From an uncultured Armatimonadetes bacterium (GTDB lineage: Bacteria; Armatimonadota; UBA5829; DTJY01), in assembly GCA_963717145.1 (NCBI GenBank), contig OY970325.1:2080001-2144000 (forward strand): a DNA stretch of 64,000 nucleotides, in the 5' to 3' direction. Below are positions 54,895 to 64,000 of the stretch, piece by piece. The notes below the pieces were generated by a model. That model saw only the letters and a program-made list of their open reading frames with translations. It had not been told where the DNA came from and made no database searches. Every line of letters begins with the position of its first letter. The first letter of the stretch is position 1. Made by a program: the position numbers and the translations under genes.

Positions 54895-55926
54895 ATGAAA
54901 TTCCGCCGCTTGCTTACCATATACGTGCTTTCGATTGCTCTATTTGCGTCCGCTCCGTGCGCCGCCGATCCTCCGCCGGTCACGTCGATCATCGACGCAA
55001 AGCTGGCAGCCGATACCACGCCCGTTTCGCTGACCGGAGCGATCGTCACAGCGGCGAATAGCAGCCTGTTCTACATCGAGGCGGATGACCGCTCGTCCGG
55101 AATGTACGCGCAGAAGGATGCGCACGGCAAGTCCGGCGGCATGCGCGCGAATGTGACAGGGACCGTGCAGACGGACTCTGATGGCCAGAGGTATATCGCC
55201 GCCGACACCGCAACTGAGAACGGCGCCGGAAGCGTTCAGCCGATCGCTCTATCCAACAGGGATGTGGGCGGCTCGGACCTGCCTTCGAGCATCGCGGGCG
55301 GTGGCCAGAAGGGCGTACCGGGCGGCGTCGGACTGAACAACATCGGCCTGCTGGTGCGCATCAGGGGCAGGGTCACGTATGGCGGTGACGGCTTCTTCTA
55401 CATAGACGATGGTCAGGGGCTCGTCGACGGCTCAGGCTATCGAGGCGTGAAGGTCATCGGCTACATGCCGCTGTGCGACGGGATGGATCCGCTCGGTTGG
55501 TACGTGGAGGTGACCGGACTGAGTGTCATCTCCCGAAACATCGACGGTCCGTGCCGAGCGGTCTGGAGCACCAAGGTGTCGCTGGTGAGCCTGATCGACA
55601 CGCCTTCCGGGCTGGCCTATGCGAATCTCCGAGTCGGCACGGGCGCAACTGCGGAGGCGGGATCTACGGTTGCAGTTCACTACACCCTGTGGCTGACAAC
55701 CTGCCAGGAGATGGATAGCTCGGTGGGTCGAGGGCCATTGGAGTTCACTCTCGGCCAGGGACAAGTCATCGCCGGCTTCGACGGGGGTATTCTCGGCATG
55801 AAGGTCGGCGGCAAGAGATTCCTGGTCATCCCACCAGAACTTGGCTATGGCGCGGGAGGCACTCTGACGATACCACCGAACTCCTACCTGCTCTTTGAAG
55901 TCGAACTGGTCTCAGTATCGAACTAG
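54895..55926 (+). CDS. Secreted fusion: shared surface module plus C-terminal FKBP-type peptidyl-prolyl isomerase
   Basis: Signal peptide MKFRRLL...; GLNNIGLLVRIRGRVT; FKBP VHYT..DSS..GRGPLEFTLGQGQVIAG..GMKVGGKR..IPPELGYG..IPPNS.L.FEVEL. Confidence 0.9.
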   Translation: MKFRRLLTIYVLSIALFASAPCAADPPPVTSIIDAKLAADTTPVSLTGAIVTAANSSLFYIEADDRSSGMYAQKDAHGKSGGMRANVTGTVQTDSDGQRYIAADTATENGAGSVQPIALSNRDVGGSDLPSSIAGGGQKGVPGGVGLNNIGLLVRIRGRVTYGGDGFFYIDDGQGLVDGSGYRGVKVIGYMPLCDGMDPLGWYVEVTGLSVISRNIDGPCRAVWSTKVSLVSLIDTPSGLAYANLRVGTGATAEAGSTVAVHYTLWLTTCQEMDSSVGRGPLEFTLGQGQVIAGFDGGILGMKVGGKRFLVIPPELGYGAGGTLTIPPNSYLLFEVELVSVSN

Positions 55927-55928
55927 GC

Positions 55929-56441
55929 TCACGCGCCCACGCCGCGCGAGATATCCCACACTATCAGCGCCAGAGTGAGCGCCATCAGGGCGAGTGGCAG
56001 GTAGGAGAGCAACAGCTCGCTTCCGAACTGGGGCTCGTCGGACGAGAGATCGGATACCGCATAGGCCACGGCTTTGTCCTCATGCCATCCAAACCGCTTG
56101 AAGGCGATCGGCACGTACAACATCTGCTTCCCGCCGAGCCGTTCGAGCCAGAGACTGAAACCTATCGCCCCCAGGATCGAGCTGACGACAACCGCCCCGA
56201 ATGCCGTCAGCACGGCATGCCCCTCTGCCCGGTGAAACCACATCAACGAGCAGCCGATCATTACCACGACGAGTACCGGGATGAACGCGCCCCTGAGGAT
56301 CAGCGTGCGGACCGGGCATTTCGCGAGCCTGATCGAGAGGCCGAGCGCAACGCCGTAGTAGACGAAGAAGAGGCCTATCAGGGTGTAGCGCAATATGAGG
56401 GACAGGTTGTCGGCAAGATCCATCTCGAAGACCTCTTCCAT
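55929..56441 (-). CDS. Hypothetical membrane protein (about 4 TM)
   Basis: 170-aa ORF with hydrophobic segments; start may be at 56423 (GGAAGAGG RBS). Confidence 0.65.
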   Translation of the reverse strand: MEEVFEMDLADNLSLILRYTLIGLFFVYYGVALGLSIRLAKCPVRTLILRGAFIPVLVVVMIGCSLMWFHRAEGHAVLTAFGAVVVSSILGAIGFSLWLERLGGKQMLYVPIAFKRFGWHEDKAVAYAVSDLSSDEPQFGSELLLSYLPLALMALTLALIVWDISRGVGA

Positions 56442-56495
56442 AGTCTCAGCATATTCAGTGTTCGCCGCCCGAACGATTCCTCCTGCCCCACCCTC

Positions 56496-56585
56496 CTGCC
56501 CATGTAGTGGCCGCGCCTCCGTGCCGGCCAGGGATCGTTTCGCGACCGAATGGCCGGCACGGAGGCGCGGCCACTACATGGGCAC
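56496..56585. repeat. REP-like palindrome, family A
   Basis: TGCCCATGTAGTGGCCGCGCCTCCGTGCCGGCCA...TGGCCGGCACGGAGGCGCGGCCACTACATGGGCA. Confidence 0.9.
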
Positions 56586-56614
56586 ATAAGCAGGAGAAAC
56601 GCGGTTCGTAGCCA

Positions 56615-56944
56615 ATGGTTAGCTTGATGAAACACCCAGCGCTGATACTGTCCTGCCTCGTATTGGTGTTCTGCTTATCGGTAGCCTGTGCCGGTCCGCC
56701 CCTCGAGGTCCAGTCGTCCGAGACGGGCAAGACCGAGTGGATTGGTGATTGGAACGCCGCCGTGAAGCGGAACACCGACGGCTATTCGGTCGAGATGCGA
56801 ATCCCCTTCTCGATCCTCAAGTACAGCTCGCAGGCCCCAAACATCAGTGTCGCGTTCATCCGGCATCATGCGGGGAGAACCCAGGTTCTCTGCATGCGGC
56901 CACTCGAGGCATCCCGCGATCAGTCATGCTCCTTCGATGGCTGA
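56615..56944 (+). pseudogene. Remnant of a secreted CBM9/DUF5916-like protein
   Basis: Signal peptide joined directly to the WNAAVKRNTDGYSVEMRIPFSILKY fragment, then an early stop. Confidence 0.5.
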
Positions 56945-56998
56945 ACACGAATCGAATTCGGGCAGGTCGGACTCCGCTTGTGGTACAATGTCCACGCA

Positions 56999-59272
56999 AT
57001 GGCAGATACACAGACAATACTGTTCGGCGCGGACTCGACTGCGGGGATCGTGGCGGTGGAGACTCTCGACTCGGAAGCGATCGTGTATCGCCGTCAGGGC
57101 GACACGGTCACCGAGTCGCGCGAGCCGTTTCGTCCGTGGCTGATCGTGGCCGACCGGAACGAGATCCCCTCGGACTGGAACACCGCCGAGGTGACCGAAC
57201 TCGAGGGCGATGGGTATCGCTTCCTCGTCACCGTCCCGAGCTGGAAGGCATTCCTGACCGCGCGGGATGCATTGCGCGCCAAGAAGGCCGACCACGTCTC
57301 CTATGCCAACCCGGAGAAGCAGTTCCTCCTGCGGTCCGGCAAGACGCTCTTCAAGGGCATGACGTTCGACGATGTCCACCGCATGCAGTTCGACATCGAG
57401 ACCTCCAGCCTCTCATCGGACGACGAATACGCGCGCATCCTGCTGATCGCCGTGTCCGACAACCACGGGTTCGAGGCGATCATCGAGGGCGACGAGGCCG
57501 ATATGCTAGCGGGATTCGTCTGCATGGTCCGGGAGCGCGACCCGGATGTGCTCGAGGGACACAACGTCTTCGGCTTCGATCTGCCGTTCATCTCGGCGCG
57601 CGCTCGGAAGGCCGGCATCACTCTGGAACTGGGCAGGGACGGCTCGGAGCTGCGTTACGGCTCGGAGCGCAGTTGTCCGATGGGCGGGATGTCGCGGCCG
57701 TTCATCCCGGCGTACATCCACGGCCGGCACATCATCGACACGATGTTCTCCACCCAGCGGTTCGACATCGCCAGGGGACAGCTCGACCGGTATGGCCTCA
57801 AGGAGTGCGCGGTGACTCTCGGGCTCGCCGAGCCGGAGCGGGTCTACATCCCCGGCGACCAGATTGCGCCTCTGTGGGAGGCCGACCCGGAGACCGTCAA
57901 GCTCTACGCCCGGCATGACGTGCGCGAGACCCGGCGGCTGGCGGCTTTGGTCTGCCCGGCGGAGTTCTATCTCTCGCAGATGGCGCCGGATGTCTACCAG
58001 ACGGTCGCGACCTCCGGCACCGGCGAGAAGATCAATGCGATCCTGATCCGCGAGTACCTTCGGCAGGGACACGCGATCGCCCAGGCGCGTCCGGGGCGAG
58101 CGGTCGTCGGAGGTTACACCGAGCTTCGGGAGTCGGGACTGATCCGCCGGATCGTCAAGTGCGATGTCGAGAGCCTGTATCCGAGCCTGATGCTTAGCAT
58201 GGGGATCAAGCCCTCCACCGACACGCTCGATGTCTTCCTCCCGGCCCTCGGGGAGTTGACCCGTCGCCGGTTCGAGGCGAAGGCGAAGGCCCGGTCGAAG
58301 TCGGATGACCCGCCCACGGCTGTAGGGGCGTGCCTTGTGCCGCCCGGTACGTCGTCGCGGGCGGCACAAGGCACGCCCCTACAGCCGTTGGGTCGGGCTG
58401 AGGGTGATCGTTCGGCACACGAGCGGGCGTACTGGGACGGCCTGCAGAACTCGTTCAAGATCCTGATCAACTCGTTCTACGGCTACCTCGGGGCGACCCC
58501 ATTCCATTTCAACGACATGGACGCGGCCGAGAAGGTGACCACATCGGGCCAGCGGATCGTGAAGCAGATCTCCGACTCGATCGAGCGACTCGGGGGCCGG
58601 GTGATCGAGATCGACACCGACGGCGTCTACTTCCAGCCGCCGGAATCGGTGGACACTCTCGAGGCCGAGGAAGCGTTCGTCGATGAGATCGGCGGTGAAC
58701 TCCCGGAGGGGATCCGCCTCGCGCACGACGGACGATATGCCGCGATGCTCTCGCTCAAGGTGAAGAACTACATCCTCGTGGGCCATGATGGGAAGAAGAC
58801 GTTCAAGGGCGCGTCGGTTCGCTCGCGGGCGGATGAGCCGTTCGGGCGGGAGTTCATCTCAGCGGCGGTGGACCTCCTCCTCAATGATGACAAGCATGGG
58901 GTGAGCCGTCTCTACAAGGAGCTGATGGAGCGCATCACCGGGAAGGAGCTGCCGGTCGCGCAGTTCGCCCGCCGGGAGCGGATCACTCCGCGGACGTTCG
59001 CCAGCAGCCAGCGGAAGAGGCTCGCGATCGCGGCGGAGGGGCTCAGAGTCGGCGAGTATATCACGGTCTACGAGCGGATCGACGGCACTCTGGGATTGAT
59101 CGAGGAGTACGACTGCGACGAGAACACCGAGCATCTCCTCGACAAGCTGTACAAGTTCGCATGCCGCCTGCGGGAGGCCTTCGGAGACGAGTTCGACGAT
59201 CTCTTCCCGAACCCGGCATTCGGCGCGCGCGCTCGGAAGGCGGAGGCGCAGGGGCAGCAGAGCTTGTTCTAG
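56999..59272 (+). CDS. polB: Family B DNA polymerase (Pol II-like) with 3'-5' exonuclease
   Basis: FDIET, GHNVFGFDLP, DVESLYPS, KILINSFYGYLG, IDTDG, KNY. Confidence 0.93.
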   Translation: MADTQTILFGADSTAGIVAVETLDSEAIVYRRQGDTVTESREPFRPWLIVADRNEIPSDWNTAEVTELEGDGYRFLVTVPSWKAFLTARDALRAKKADHVSYANPEKQFLLRSGKTLFKGMTFDDVHRMQFDIETSSLSSDDEYARILLIAVSDNHGFEAIIEGDEADMLAGFVCMVRERDPDVLEGHNVFGFDLPFISARARKAGITLELGRDGSELRYGSERSCPMGGMSRPFIPAYIHGRHIIDTMFSTQRFDIARGQLDRYGLKECAVTLGLAEPERVYIPGDQIAPLWEADPETVKLYARHDVRETRRLAALVCPAEFYLSQMAPDVYQTVATSGTGEKINAILIREYLRQGHAIAQARPGRAVVGGYTELRESGLIRRIVKCDVESLYPSLMLSMGIKPSTDTLDVFLPALGELTRRRFEAKAKARSKSDDPPTAVGACLVPPGTSSRAAQGTPLQPLGRAEGDRSAHERAYWDGLQNSFKILINSFYGYLGATPFHFNDMDAAEKVTTSGQRIVKQISDSIERLGGRVIEIDTDGVYFQPPESVDTLEAEEAFVDEIGGELPEGIRLAHDGRYAAMLSLKVKNYILVGHDGKKTFKGASVRSRADEPFGREFISAAVDLLLNDDKHGVSRLYKELMERITGKELPVAQFARRERITPRTFASSQRKRLAIAAEGLRVGEYITVYERIDGTLGLIEEYDCDENTEHLLDKLYKFACRLREAFGDEFDDLFPNPAFGARARKAEAQGQQSLF
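58322..58382. repeat. REP-like palindrome, family B, inserted in-frame in polB
   Basis: GTAGGGGCGTGCCTTGTGCCGCCC...GGGCGGCACAAGGCACGCCCCTAC; arms extend over ~58309-58397. Confidence 0.9.
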
Positions 59273-59321
59273 CCGCACAGCGTTGGGGATGGATTTGGAC
59301 TCCATCCCCAAGACACCGTGA

Positions 59322-59422
59322 GTCCTGAGTGCGCCGGTGAATGACGGCGTGTATCGAAGGACGGCCTTGGTGCACTGAGCCGTCCTTCGATACACGCCGT
59401 CATTCACCGGCGCACTCAGGAC
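59322..59422. repeat. Long palindrome, family D (second copy, opposite orientation)
   Basis: GTCCTGAGTGCGCCGGTGAATGACGGCGTGTATCGAAGGACGGC...GCCGTCCTTCGATACACGCCGTCATTCACCGGCGCACTCAGGAC. Confidence 0.9.
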
Positions 59423-59450
59423 CACCGTACTGGTTTTCCTGGGGGACAGG

Positions 59451-62400
59451 TCATAGGCCGGTGAGCTTGCGCACATCCTCCGGCCTGCGGGTGAGGATGC
59501 GGCGGGCGATGCCGGAAGGGGTCCAGAGGCAGGAACTGATGCCGGTGACCTCGACCTTCTCGCCGCTTGAATACCCCGCTGGGTCACATATCACCCGCAC
59601 CCCGACGTTCTCCGTTTCGCCGGTCGAAGTCCCATCCCTCAGCCCCGACCCATCGTCGACGTAGAGGTAGTCCGCGCCGATCTGGGTAACCTTGCCCCAT
59701 GTGCGGATGAGCAGACCGATGCTGTTGAGGCCAAATCCATAGCCCATACCGGACTGGATGCCAAAGCCCGACCCACCCAGATAGAGTGAAGGCAGCCCAA
59801 GCGGTCTGAGTGTTTGCAGCTGTGCGGTAACCAGGACACTAGAAGCCTGAATGACCATTTCGCCGTCCATATCTACCTCAGAGCCAACAACCCTCACCAG
59901 GTCGCCCTCCTGAACGGAAGTAGTGGAGTCAATGACGCCGATGGCGCACTTGCGATCTAGGTCGGCAACGTAAAACCTGTCAGGCAGCACGGCGGTCACT
60001 ACCCGATCGGAGATCACCTTGGGCATCGAGTCGAGTCGCAGCTTCATCTCGGAGACGCTGCCTGTACCGCCGGGCGCGAGTGCCTCGCCGAACGACGGAG
60101 CGTAGGTGGCATCTACCCCGCTGCACAGCGCGTAGCCGGGAGGAGCAGAGTGGAGGATGGAGAAGCCTGCCAAGGACCCGCCGGCCGCAATCGTGTTCGG
60201 GCCGAAGCTGCCTTGCACCCAGCCGTTCTCGGACTCCTGGGTGAACCAGGTTATCGCCCCCTGCTCGTAGTCCAGCCTGTAGGTCCAGCCGGTTGGTGAA
60301 GTGACTTGGACTGGGAAGCCGGACTCCTTGTTGTAGTACACAGTCCAAGACCAGACCGGGGAGGCGGCCGTTGTTGGTCACATTGTAGCTGATAAGCCAG
60401 TCTTCCTCGGATGCTGTTACACTGGGAGCGACCGAGAGCGCTCCGGGATCAGTCGCCGCGATTGTTGCTTTCGTCCTGTATAGTGTTGCGTCGGCCTTGG
60501 GCAGCTCGGTTACTCCGAGCAGTCCATTGGAGTCTCGATGACTGGTGAAGGTGGATTTGAGATCGTCGCACTTTGTCTCGATCGCATACACGCACTCGCT
60601 GCCGATGATCCGCAGTACGTCGTAGATAGTCATCGCAGTGAATACGTTCTTGAGGGCGGACTCGCTTGTGTGAATGCCGATATGGGAGAGCGCCGTGCAG
60701 AGTTTCACGCGCTGTTCCGGCGACGCGGCGAAGCCGCGCAAAGCCCAGACTACCCGGCGAACCGTTTCCGCCCACTCCCACCCTGAACTGGGTCTGGAAT
60801 TGAATGCCTTTGCCGCGCTGTATATCGCTCCGATCTCCCTAAACTCCGGGTAGAAGGCGGCCAGTGATGCGGGACTCACTCCGCTTCCTCCGGGTACCAC
60901 CTTCAAGACAATCTCAAGAATCGTCAGGAGGCCGCCAGTCCCATCGAAAGCAAGGCTCATTGTGACCGATTGGCCCGCATCACTAAACTCTCCCATCCAG
61001 GCGACAGTGCCCTTGGGATTGGCTACTCCAAAGTAGCCAAGAACCTCCTCAATGCTCCCACCCGTCGGTGCACTGGCGGTCGCGCCCTCGCTCGCCGATG
61101 CTCGCAGGTGGAACCACAGGTTGAGGTAGTGAGTCATGAGGAGTTTCGCTTCCAGGCAGTCCGCCGTCTGGACGATCGGCTCGTAGGTGCTGTCGGCCAG
61201 ACCAAATGTATATGTGTCGTCCGTCTCAAGATGGAGACTGCCTGGTGTTGGCTGTGCCACATCCCGTATGCGCAGGATGGCACTCCCCGAGGATGTCGCC
61301 CCACCGGGGCTGGTCGCGTACGCGACAAACTTCACTGTGCTACCGCGCGCGAACATGAGGAAGGAAGTAGGGAACGACAGCGTGAACGAAGACCCGCTAG
61401 ATCGGAGCATAGAAAGCTCTGGGAAACCGCGTGTCACACCTTCACACCTCAACCGCACCGACGTTGCTCCCAGTGCATAGGCGGTCACCGTAAGTGGCTG
61501 TCCGATCTCCACAGTGCTGGGCGAGAGAGCCACCGTAACAGGCGTGCCCGTGCCGCTCCCCGTTCCATTGATCCCAATGCTGTACCCATAGCCCGCCGCT
61601 ACCGCTACAAACCCGATGTTCGGCGAAGACACATTGCACTGTCCGCACTCGTTATCTCCCCACGCGACGACTGACCCGTCTGCTCTTAGGCCTAGGCTGT
61701 GCGTCCAGCCCGTTGCCACCGCTACGAATCCCGTGTTCGGCGAAGGCACGCTGCACTGGCCGTAGGAGTTGTCCCCCCAGGCGACGATCGAACCGTTTGC
61801 CTTCAGGCCCAAGCTGTGGACAAGGCCCGCCGCGACAGCCACGAATTCGGTGTTCGGTGAGGGCACGTTGCGCTGGCCGTAGTTGTTGTACCCCCAAGCG
61901 ACTATCGAGCCGTTTGCCTTGAGGCCCAAGCTGTAGTATGTGCCGGCCGCGACCGCCACGAATCCCGTGTTCGGTGAGGGCACACTACACTGGCCCGCAT
62001 AGTGCCCATCATAAGTACTATTGCTACCCCACGCAAGAACCGAGCCGTCTGCCTTGAGGCCCAGGCTGTGGTTGTAACCTGCCGCGATCCCCACAAATCC
62101 TGTGTTCGGCAAGGGTAGGTTACACTGTCCGTACTCGTTATCCCCCCACGCAAGGACCGAGCCGTCTGCCTTGAGGCCCAGGCTGTGGGACTCGCCCGCC
62201 ACTACAGCCATGAACCCCGTGTTCGGCGAAGGCACGTTGCACACGCCGCGGCGGTTCCATCCCCAAGCGACGAGGGAGCCGTCTGCTTTCAGGCCCAAGC
62301 TGTGGTAACGTCCCGCCGCGACTGCCGCGAATCCCGTGTTCGGCAGAGGCACGTTGCACTGGCCGCAGTCGTTCCATCCCCAGGCCACGATCGAGCCGTC

Positions 62401-63288
62401 TGCTTTCAGGCCCAAGCTGTGCTCACAGCCCGCCGAGACAGCCGCGAATCCCGTGTTTGGCGCAGGCACGTTACACTGGCCGTTGTTGTTATATCCCCAG
62501 GCCACAATCGATCCGTCTGCTTTGAGGCCCAAGCTGTGGTCATAGCCCGCCGAAACAGCCGCAAATCCCGTGTTTGGCGAAGGCACGTTGCACTGGCCGA
62601 AGTCGTTCCATCCCCAGGCCACAATCGAGCCGTCCTCTTTGAGGCCAAGGCTGTAGTGATAGCCCGCCGAAACAGCCGCGAATCCCGTGTTGGGCGAAGG
62701 CACGTTGCACTGGCCGTAGGAGTTGCATCCCCAGACCACAATCGAGCCGTCTGCTTTCAGGCCCAAGCTGTGGTCACTTCCCGCCGCGACCGCTACGAAT
62801 CCTGTGTTCGGCGTCGGTACGTTGCACTCGCCCGAGGAGTTTGATCCCCAGGCGACAACGGAGCCGTCTGCCTTAAGTCCCAGGCTGTGCCCACCGCCCG
62901 CCGCGACTGCCGCGAATCCCGTGTTCGGCGAAGGCACGTTGCACTGGCCGTAGTCGTTCCGTCCCCAAGCGACGACAGAGCCGTCTGCCTTGAGTCCTAG
63001 GCTCTGCCCACCGCCCGCCGCGACTGCCGCGAATCCCGTGTTCGGCGAAGGCACGTTGCACACGCCCGAGCCGTTTGATCCCCAGGCCCCGATGGATCCG
63101 TCCGGCTTCAGCCCCAGGCTGTACTTAGAGCCCCCGGCCACTTTGACCACTTTGTCGATCGGGCCAACGACCTGACTTCCCCAGCCGACGATGGAGTCCG
63201 AGCCCGCCCCCCAAACGCAAACAGGAGCCGAAAGCGTGAGGGCGCACAGGCATATCAGGATGACGATGAGTCTGCTGGGTGAACGCAT
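59451..63288 (-). CDS. Large secreted RCC1/BLIP-II-repeat beta-propeller protein with C-terminal shared module; 1-nt frameshift near 60360
   Basis: 13-14 repeats of ~40 aa, HSLGLKADGSIVAWG.N..GQCNVPSPNTGF; ORFs 59980-63288 and 59451-60341 join at NNGRL/PVWSWTVYYNK; C-terminal GLNSIGLLIRTWGKVT. Confidence 0.85.
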
Positions 63289-63368
63289 GTTGTGACTCCT
63301 TGCCTGGCCGCGGATACACGTGCGGTCGGAGATAAGTCATGCCGGGTCGGAGGTGCTGACCCACCGCC

Positions 63369-63397
63369 AGTTTACTACTGCTCACGGCATCTGTCAA
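63369..63397 (-). promoter_or_regulatory. Sigma70-type promoter of the RCC1-repeat gene
   Basis: TTGACA-17-TAAACT. Confidence 0.6.
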
Positions 63398-63471
63398 GTA
63401 ATAGGGCGGAAAACAGGTAGAAATACCAGGGGGAGAAGTCAGAAGCCAGGAGTCAGGAGTCAGAATGGGAC

Positions 63472-64000
63472 CTAAGCAGCTTCCCGCGCGGCGGGAAGCC
63501 AGGCGGAGTGGGCCGCGTCCACAATCTGCGGATCGAACTGAGAACCGGCGCCCTGGTGCAGGATCGCGAGCATCTCGGCGGCAGATTTTTCCGACTTGTA
63601 CGACCTCGGCGACGTGATCGCGTCCACCGCATCCGAAACCGCCAGGACTCTCGACAGCAGCGGAATCTCTTCGCCCGCGAGGCCGTCGGGGTAGCCCTGT
63701 CCATCCCATCGCTCGTGATGATGCCCGGCGATCCATGCCAGCTCCGACAGATGGACGATGTTCTTCAGGATGTCCATCGTCAGCGTCGGGTGATTCTTCA
63801 CGCGCGTGAACTCATTCGGGCCGAGCGGCCCCGGCTTGTCGATGATCGAGCGGGGAACCGCGACTTTGCCGGCGTCGTGGAGCAGTCCGGCGAACCGGAC
63901 CTTCAGCACATCGGCGTGCGGGAGTTCCATTGCCTTTGCCAACTCGACTGCATATCTGGCGACGCGCTCCGAGTGGCCGGACGTGAACCCGTGCTTGGCA
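63472..64000 (-). CDS. HD-GYP domain protein, 5' part outside the window
   Basis: TSGHSERVA, LLHDAGK, HHHERWDGQGYPDGLAGEEIP, SDAVDA, QFDP. Confidence 0.92.
   Translation of the reverse strand, partial: AKHGFTSGHSERVARYAVELAKAMELPHADVLKVRFAGLLHDAGKVAVPRSIIDKPGPLGPNEFTRVKNHPTLTMDILKNIVHLSELAWIAGHHHERWDGQGYPDGLAGEEIPLLSRVLAVSDAVDAITSPRSYKSEKSAAEMLAILHQGAGSQFDPQIVDAAHSAWLPAAREAA

Noticed and set aside
56941-56962. LexA/SOS box upstream of polB
   Set aside because: CGAATCGAATTCG does not fit GAAC-N4-GTTC spacing or sequence.
58309-58397. Intein in PolB
   Set aside because: Only ~30 aa with no C/S...HN splice motifs; the DNA is a REP-type palindrome.
61600-63150. CRISPR-like array
   Set aside because: The 120-bp units are in-frame RCC1-type protein repeats without unique spacers; no cas genes or CRISPR array in the window.

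Overview
GC-rich bacterial chromosomal window, inferred to be Armatimonadota-like from a recurring GLNNIGLL..WG.VT....FY.DDGS surface-protein module. It carries housekeeping genes (pyrG, thiD, amtB-glnK-glnD, rsmI, guaB, polB, a TamB/AsmA-like gene, trkA-trkA-cstA), four tRNAs (Ser-GCT, Ser-CGA, Arg-CCT and an uncommon Arg-GCG), one IS and two partial HD-GYP genes at the window edges. There are also many secreted carbohydrate-active and surface proteins. Highlights: (1) an RRE-like radical SAM/SPASM enzyme translationally coupled to a membrane protein with a cytoplasmic (Cys-Ala)4-Gly-(Cys-Ala)4-Gly tail, a candidate undescribed protein-modification system beside tRNA-Ser; (2) a ~195-aa module shared by four otherwise unrelated exported proteins, one of them an FKBP foldase; (3) a c-di-GMP-I ON-type riboswitch over a small 8-Cys protein and an HD-GYP gene; (4) many REP/REPIN-like palindromes, four inserted in-frame in proteins including the PolB fingers; (5) a GxxExxY gene framed exactly by inverted repeats; (6) a GlnR-like box array before amtB and a consensus sigma54 promoter next to the IS. 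Six single-base frameshifts in five genes look like assembly indel errors. All calls come from motif recognition by eye; no database searches were run.
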